DNA from: Clostridia bacterium
GTDB lineage: Bacteria > Bacillota > Clostridia > Christensenellales > UBA1242
DNA length: 64,000 nt
NCBI GenBank assembly: GCA_045657465.1
Contig: JAZOTD010000026.1
Location: 1,156-65,155 of the forward strand
Direction: 5' to 3'
The position numbers were made by a program, and so were the translations under genes. A model generated the notes under the pieces. That model did no database searches, was not told where the DNA came from, and saw only the letters and a list, made by a program, of their open reading frames with translations. Below, in pieces: positions 25,001-34,000 of the stretch (position 1 is its first letter; the number at the start of each line of letters is the position of its first letter).

Positions 25001-28000
25001 TGCTGCAATGTTAGGTTCAATCAAGAAGTTGAGCACGTATCTTGAATCTAAACCAAGTGAGTGAATTGAAAGAGCATAGTTAACATCAAGTCTAATAAGA
25101 ATAAATGCGGTTGTGTTTGAATCGAAATAGAAATTCTTTAATGAAAGCGATGTTTTTTCGGTTGCAAACATTGCATAAGCATTTCTTTCAAATGAACCTG
25201 TGGCACCTTCATCTCTGCTGATTGAATAATCAGTACCAGTTGCTGGGGCAGTGGTTTTTATTTTTGAAAGTGCTGCAAAATTGCGTTGTGATTCTGCAGT
25301 GTAATATGCTTCAAAATATGATTTGCCAACATAACTTCCTGATGTGTCAGGAACTCGTGAGAACAAGTTTGGTTGAGCTTCCGCATCATCTCCAGCTTGT
25401 TTCTTTAAGCTAAATGGATAAAGTTCGCTTCCGTCACTGCCATAACCACCACCAAGGAAGTTGTTGTTTACAGGATTTCCTTCATTGTCAGTTGTTACAA
25501 GATTAACATCTTCAATTGTCTTATTTTGACCTGACGAATTTGTTCTAATGGTATCTTTTGTGTCATCTTCATTATAGTAATATAATGCTTGAACTGAAAT
25601 ACCAGAATCGATTTCTGATTCATTGAAGATATAAGTTTGATAAATATCAATAAACTTAGCAACGTATTTGATGTTTGAATGAATATTTTTAATTTTTAAT
25701 GTGTTGCCATCAATTACATAGTTGCCTTCAGTGTAGGTTCTATAATAATTAATGTCATAGCTAAATGTGCTGTCGTTATATTCAAACAATGCATAAACTG
25801 TGCCTGAACTGAGAGAGAATGTTGTTGAAGTTGAAACATAAACATTGTCGGTCACTTCTTTAAATTCATGCTTAATTTCAGTTCCGTCATAAGAATATGA
25901 AGCAACAACCGCATCATAATAAGTCATGTAGCCAATGTAGTTTGAATTCCACATTTCAGCGATGGTCATTGTGCTAGGTGAAACATATGCTCTTGTGTAT
26001 TCTTCATCATAATACAAATCTTCAGAATTTCCGTTCTTTGCATAAACTTGAACAAATTTAGGAGAAGATAATGAACCAGTGTTTACAAACAAACCACCAT
26101 AATATGATCTGAGTGATGCTGGAACAATTGTTAAATCATCAGCAAACTGCATATCAGCATACATATCAGATGAAATAGAGTAGGTGACTCTATATTCTCG
26201 ACCATTAGGATATTTTCCTTTAGTTGAAACAGCATAGGTTGTCACTGAACTATTTTGTTTAAGTTGTGTTCTAATAAGTTTGTCTGAATAATTTGCAGTC
26301 ATTTTCTTAGAAATATCTTCATCATCAACAACCCAACCATAAACATCATCATATCTAACTTCATACCATCCCTCTAATCTGTAACCAGCATCAGGAATTG
26401 CAGAAAGTAATAATCCAGAATCTCTGTCATAATATGATGTTTTGAATTGAAGAGTTGAATAAACTTTTCCGTTTTCATCTGCAAAAAGTTCACCGCTAGA
26501 CAAATCGTTTGCTGTGCTTGAATAATAATCTCCAACTTTAGGGTCTTGTGATTGTTGTTTAGCCAAACTATAAGTTTTAATAATTGAACGAGCAATAACT
26601 TCAGAATCTAACAAAACTTCTTTTGTGATATCTAATGCATTGCTGTTTGTAACAACTGCACCACCACATGTTGCACATTTTCCATCAGCATTAAGTTCAG
26701 AAACTTTCATTGCTGAGCTGCAATTTGTGCAATATTTTGTTGGTGCATTAGTCATTTTTTCATATGTTTCTTGTGTAACTCTATAGAAGAATCCATCTGC
26801 ATAAATAACTCTTATAGCAGAAGTTAATTCATTGTTAGAAGGTTCTGTTGACAAGATTTGATATGAAATCACGTCATAGATTGTTTTATAACCAACTGCT
26901 GGGGTAGGTGAGAACACATATGTCTGCATTGACTCATCAATTGCAACAAAGTTTTGGCTTTCATAATTAAGGTTTCTAATATAGAAAGTTGAACCATCTT
27001 GGTTATAAAGTGCTTTTTCGGTGCCAAGCATACCATTTTGGTTGCCGAGAGACACCAAACATGGTTGACCAGCAGCCATTGTTTTTACATTTAATCCAAA
27101 CACGCCCAAGCTGTCTGAAACACTCACGAGGTTTGAACCTTTAAATGTCATAATCTTAAAGGTTTGATATCCCTCTCCAGGTAATGTTTCGCACACTAAT
27201 AGGGTGTTTGTTTTGTTTTCATTTTTTAAATCTTCTTGAGATTGAATTCCGATTCTTTGGAAGATTGGTTGTCCCTTGTAATATTCACCAGTGAAATACA
27301 AGAAAGGAGCCATTTCAATTTTTGAATAATAGTTTTGTGTTGTTTCATTCTTGAGATATTCAATGAAATACAAATCTTTTTGATAGTCATCTTCATCAAT
27401 AAGAACTGATTCTGATGTTGATTTAATATTTATTGAACCACCAACGTTTAGTGAACCATTCAAAACTTCAGTTGCAAGTGAAACCGCATAAATCTTTTCA
27501 TAAACAGGTAACATCAAGAAATATCCAGCTGTGTTAGATTCAAATCTAGCAATTGCACTATATCTATCATCTTTCAAACCTTCAGTTTTTTCTTGGTTGT
27601 AGGTGATATATTCAGCATTTTCTCTTTCATAAACACGCCATTCTTTGAATCTATAATAAATTGAACCGTTAAATGAGATTAATGGGTTTGCTACAAACAC
27701 AACTGATTCAAGACCAACTTCAAGATAAACAGTTGTAGCTTGTCCTGCATTTAACACAGAGATTGATTTATCAAACCAATAACCAGTAAATTCGCCACTT
27801 CCAGGTGAAGGAATGTCTTTTGATTTAACCTTATAAGCAGATGTTAAACCAGCCACAACAACATTGTCATAATTGATTGATGCTGTTGAAGAAGAAGTTG
27901 CACCAAGTTCAATACCTGAAAGACCAACACATTCATCATTTGCAGAATTTTCTGTGATATCAGATGTGAGATAAATAACACCTGTTTTGTCATCTTGATA

Positions 28001-31000
28001 GTATGTGTGAATGTCATAATAAAGAATATCTTCCATTACTGATGTTGAGCTTTCCCACAAAGCAACATCACCATCTGCAAGTGTTTTAAACGCACCATTC
28101 TTCAAAATAAAGATGTTTGAGTTATATTCATATTTTCCAGTTGCTGGATTAAGTTGTTGAGTGTCAGCATAATACAAATTAGTGTCAGTTGCTTCATCAT
28201 TCATTGCAACGTCAGTAATTTTTAAAGCTGCAGTGTATAATTGATAATATTTTGCAGAACTTCCACCACCAACTCTAATGATTCCACCATAAATATTCTT
28301 TTTATCGGTTTCAAGTTCATTGTAGTTAGAAAGTCTCATAAATGGAATCAAGTTTGGATTATCTTCATCAACATAGTTTCCGTAATAATAATCTGCGAAT
28401 GTTACTTCAACAAGATTGTCTTCGTTTCCAGTAATTATGTCAGTTAAATCTTTGTAAACAACCAATGTTTTAAATGAAACATTGTCAACCACATAATACA
28501 TATTGTCAATATAATCATTTGTCATCAAGTTGTTCAATCTTGATTTAAAGCTAACTGCAGTGAAGTCTGTGACAATGTCATTGTCTTCATTTTCAACAAT
28601 GCTTGTAATAATATCAACATAATATCCGTTATTGATAGTTACAGCAAAGTCAACAATAGCAGGTTTTCCTTGTTTATGATAAACATCAAACACAAAGATT
28701 GGGTTAACATAAGGTGCACCATCAACAAGAGTAACACCTGGGAAACCTTCAGACACGTTGTCTTTATTGAGGTAGTCAATAGGGTAGTATCCACTTGAGT
28801 TCATCAATGCACTTTGATTGCCCTTAAGCGGGATGATTGATGAGAATGAGTTGTATGTAATCACATCTTCAGAAGTTGTGGCTATAGTGAACTTTCCTAA
28901 AATAGTGATTATTTCATTGGTTTTTCCGTCAGAAACATAATGGCTAGAGCTTCCAACATCAACGAATTCAGTTTTTGTTACTTTGTTAAGTGGATCAGAG
29001 AAGTTGATTGTGCCATCTCCGTTAAATGAGAAATATTCGGTGTGAACCGCTGACACAATTGAGCTAGAAACAACAAGTTCGCCACTGTTGATATCTTTTG
29101 CATAAGCAACTTTGTTAATAGCAGTTAATGAACCCATATCAACGTTTGATTCTGTTGACATTTGATATGTTGCAACAGCTTTGTAAGAAGCGAACATAAA
29201 GTATTGAGCTGTTGGTCTAAATTCAAAAATATTTTCTGTTTGTGAATAGAAATAGTTAAAATCATAAACAGCATTAACTTTGTCAAATTGATATTCACCA
29301 CTAACGATGCCAACATATCTGTTATAAATCAAACCATCAGTGTGCAAATAATAAATTCCATTTGAGAAACAGTCATAAGCCATCTTTACACAGTTTGTTG
29401 TAAATGACTTTGAAGTGTCAGTTGGATCAATTGCAATTGTGATTCTGTTTGTGTTTCTGTTGATTTCAGCCCATTGTGAATAGTTGCCATCAGAAAGCAC
29501 TTTTAAAATCATTCCAGTTTCTGCATTAAACACCAAAGGACGTCCATCAGCAACTGCTTCAGTTGCATTGTTCTTTAAGAAGGTATAAGTTAAAACATTA
29601 TTGTCTGTTGGAACCAAGTCAACGTTTGATTCATAAACAACACCATAACCATGTGGATCACCAGCTTTTGTGTGAGAAGCGAGTGCATAATAATATTTAC
29701 CGCCATATGTGAATGAATAACTAACGTGTTGTCCTGATTTATAGTCTTCATAAGATTCAACAATTGCAGGAGTTAATGAAATATCTTCAATAGGTTTGAA
29801 GTTTCCGTTATCATAATAATAATATTTAAATTCATTGGTTGAAGAACCAACTCTGGTCTTCAAATAATATGTTTCAGTTACATCATTATATTTAATTGTT
29901 GTTTCTTCAACATAAGAACCAAACAAATATTGTGTATTGATGTTAGATTGACCTTCAGTGAGTTCAGTAAACAGCATTTCATATGTGATAAGGTTTCCTG
30001 AGTTATCTCTCAAAAGTTCAAATTTTGAATAACGTTGAGTGTTTCCGCTCGCATCTGTGTCGGTGTATTGATAAGCTTCAATAAAACAATAACCTGAGTT
30101 TTTCTTAACTGTTCCATTAGGATTCCATTCTGTTGCAACGTTTGCAATGTAAATATTAATTGGAGTAGGTGAAGAATAAGAATAAAGGTCTGATGTGTAA
30201 CATCTATAAAGTGTGTAAACCAGTTGAAGTGCAATATATGTGCTCTTGCTTGTGTCATAACCAAGTTCTGTAGCGTTTTCTGGTGAAAGTTCATATTCAA
30301 TGACACTATCATAATAGTTATAGTTATTTATAGTATAGTTTCCATCTCTATCTTGTGCTTCAAATGTTGCTTTATATTGTTCTGTTCCAAATCCAATAGA
30401 TTGAAGATATGAAGGTGAGTTTTGAATGTTTGTGACTGAACCATAGTTTCCTTCAGGAGCACTTCCGTTAAGTAGCACATATTCTTTAAATCTATTTGTA
30501 TCAGAACCACCTGTGGTGAGATAAATTTTACCTTCTTTTGAACCAGCAGAGAATGAGAGATAGTTAAGCAAAACATAAAACTCGGTGCCGTCATATGAAA
30601 AACCTGTTGCTGTAAAGCTTGCGGCAGTGGTGTTGTCCATTGTTGTCGGACTGGTATAAAGTTTTATGATACTACCAACAAATGAAGCGTGATTGTCAAC
30701 ATTGTCTTTACTCATATAATACTTTGTGCCTTTATATTCAACATAAGGCTGTGTTGCAGTGTCTTTAACAAGAAGTCTATATGCTTCAATAATGTTTGAA
30801 GTTTGTGCTGAGATTCCACTGATTGATGAAGAACCATCATAACCTTTAAATAATGTTTCAAAGTTTACTGTGTTTCTGGTATAAACCTGACCAGCAGTAT
30901 AAACACCAGTGCCATAAATTGATCTAAACTCAACTTGAGAAATTACGGCTTGACCTGAACCAGAGTTTTCGTTTTCTTGAACAACATAAAGTGTTTTTCT

Positions 31001-34000
31001 GTCAGACTCTTCAAGTTGTGCAACATAGTAATAGTAATAGTTTACGAGTTTTGCACCAACATCATCATAATATGCTTTGTAGTTAACGTTTTTACTTCCA
31101 AAGCTTTCTTCATTTTTGCGAGTATAAATATCAAGACCTGTTGCAATGACACCTTGCTCAACCAATTGATCAAAGTTGCTGATGCCATAATAATATTCAA
31201 TGTTTTCAACGCCATTAATAACTGTGCGCTTTGCAAGTGGGGTGGTTGAATGATAAACAGTTTTTCTATTTCCTCCATCCAAATATGAATATTTGTCAAG
31301 ATCATAATACAAATAACAAACTGAATCATATGAATTGAGTGCAGTTGCAGGCTTGTCATATGTTTGTTGGTTGATTGTAAGATCAACATTTATTGTAAGT
31401 TTATACTTATCAGATTCTTTAGTAATTGAATAAACATCAATTGCAGATGTTGCAACTCCACCACCTTTAATTGGAAGTTTTTTGCTAGTATCATATTTCA
31501 AGATGTTTTTATTTACACCAGCACCAAATGGTGAGTGATAAATAAACACATCATTTCCTGTGTCAACCGTTTCAATATAATCATAATTTTTGTATAGCGT
31601 AATTTTCTTTCCTGTGCCATTTTCGAAATCTTCTAATTTCATATAGCAAAGATTTCCGTTATATGTGTAGGTTGGAATAAATTCGCCAGTTGATGGATGT
31701 TTTTCTCTTTTTGTTGTTTCAAGCACTGATGCATAATAGTTGTTTGAACTATCTTGAACAAGCAAGTTTGCTGTTTGATAACTTGAGAATCTAAACGCGT
31801 CAATATATAAGTTGTAAATTTTCAAACCACCTTCGGCAGAAACATAATCTTCAGATGAATAATAAAGTTTTTGGTCAGTTACAGGTGTTTTATCTGCATT
31901 TAACATTGGTGTTCCGCCTATAACATGTTGTGTCTTACCTTCAGCGTCAACGATGCTTTGATTGCCGTCATAAACCATGCCTGTAAATTCAGTTCCAAAA
32001 AGTTCTACACTCGCAATTTTCCATTTAATGCCTTGATAGTTGAACGCTGAGAATGCTTTGTCAAGCAAAATTGTATTTTCATCAAACACTTCATTTGCAT
32101 AAAGGGTAGGGAGAATATTTCCATTTTTATCAAGTTTGAAATATAAATAACTACCATGGTATAAGAATGCATTGATGTTCATGTCAGATTTGTAACCATG
32201 AGCCACAATAGATGTTGAACTTTTGCCAAAAAATCTCAAAGCAAAATTGTTTGCTCTTACACCATCAATAATATAAGCATCTGCAGCAACACCATAATCT
32301 GTTGGATGGTCTTTGATATCTTCTGGTTTTGCAGCTTCAACAGTGCCAGTGCTTGTTCCATCTGCTTTTGTGAATGTTGTTATCCAGTTTGAACCATAGC
32401 TAAATCTTAAATTTTTTGCAAAAGAAACGCCAGTGATGTCTAAGTTAAATGCTGTATCAACAACAAGTATAAACTTTTCATCACTTTCTGAATCAGGATT
32501 TTCAATATATAATGGAAGGTTACTAAAAGCAGAATTTTCTGCAAAAACATAATAGTCTTTTGAATCTGCTGTAAATTTAATGTTAGTAAAGAATGTGTTT
32601 TGAACGGTAAGTGTGGCAGAACCATCAGCTGCAATTTCAATATAAATTGTATCAGTTTGATAAGACCATGCTTTGAAACATTCGAAGTCGCTATAAAGCA
32701 CTGTGCTTGTTGTGTCAACATAGAATTTAACTTCAGTTACACTAAACAATGGGCTCGATGATGCTGAAAAATCTTTAAATTCAGCAACATATCTTTCAAG
32801 ATTGATGCTATACTCAGTTGCAGATTCTTTTGTTATTGTAAAGTTTTTATAACCACGGTCAGCAATCAAATCAATTTCATTTGAAAGATAAACATCTGTG
32901 TAGAATTGATTTGTGTTCATGCTGAAGTATAATTTTTCTTTGCCAAGAGTCAAGATTAGGCGAGTGATATTTGCCACATAATAGCCTTTTGCTTGATCGT
33001 AAACAACCTCTAATTTTGTCGCACCAAAGAGTTGAGTTATGTCACCTTTGAATCTATCTTCAAAAATAACTGTTTCAACATTAAAGTCAAAATAAACATT
33101 TCCTTCATAGTAGAAATATTGAGTTTCACCAACGTTGAAGGTGTAATAGTCAGTCAAACCGCCATTAGCATTTTTGATATCTTCATAGAACGAAGCTCTA
33201 TATGTTAAAGTTTCTTCTTTTAGGTCAACATCAACATCTTCAACACTTAGATCAATTTTTTCACTCAAACTCAAATTGTAGAAGTAAGTGTTGTAAACCA
33301 AGTGTGAAACATAGAGAGTAACATCATCGCCACAATCTACTGTTGTTTCACCAAAAAAGTTTTCATATGCACCTATAAATCTTTCTTGCAAAATTGATGT
33401 GTCTGCTTCTTTATCATAAACAACTTCATTTACAAATTGTGTTGATGGGGAACTTCCGTCTCCTTCAACATAAGTTTTGTTGATTTCAGTAGCTTTTGGC
33501 ACATATGCTTCTTGTTTTGAACCTTTTTGGAGAAGATATGGCACGCTTGAATCAGCATGGAAATATCTATAACCATTATAGTGAAGTTCAGTAGCGTTTA
33601 CATATTTGCCTGCATTATTCGTTGTTTGGAATGGTAGGGCATAGAGAGAGTTTGGATCAGTTCCATAATTGCTTGCAATATTAATTTTTCTAAAATGAAT
33701 ATATTCATAGTTTGTTAGTCGTGAGTCAGTGTCATAACTCTTTACAAACATATCATTTGATGTTGTTGATTGGAACACATACAAAATCTCTGTTCCAAAT
33801 GAGTTTTGATATGAATATTTGTAATAATTGTCAGCATAAAGCAAGAAGTTTCCATCCATGCTTTCATTGACATCATCTGGGTTTAAATAATTTAAAGCAC
33901 CAGCGCTAACAGTAGAAGTGTAGAGATCAGCATAATAGAATTCTTGTTCATATGCTGTTCCGCCATCTTCAGGCTTTTCAATTGCATTTGTGATAACTAC

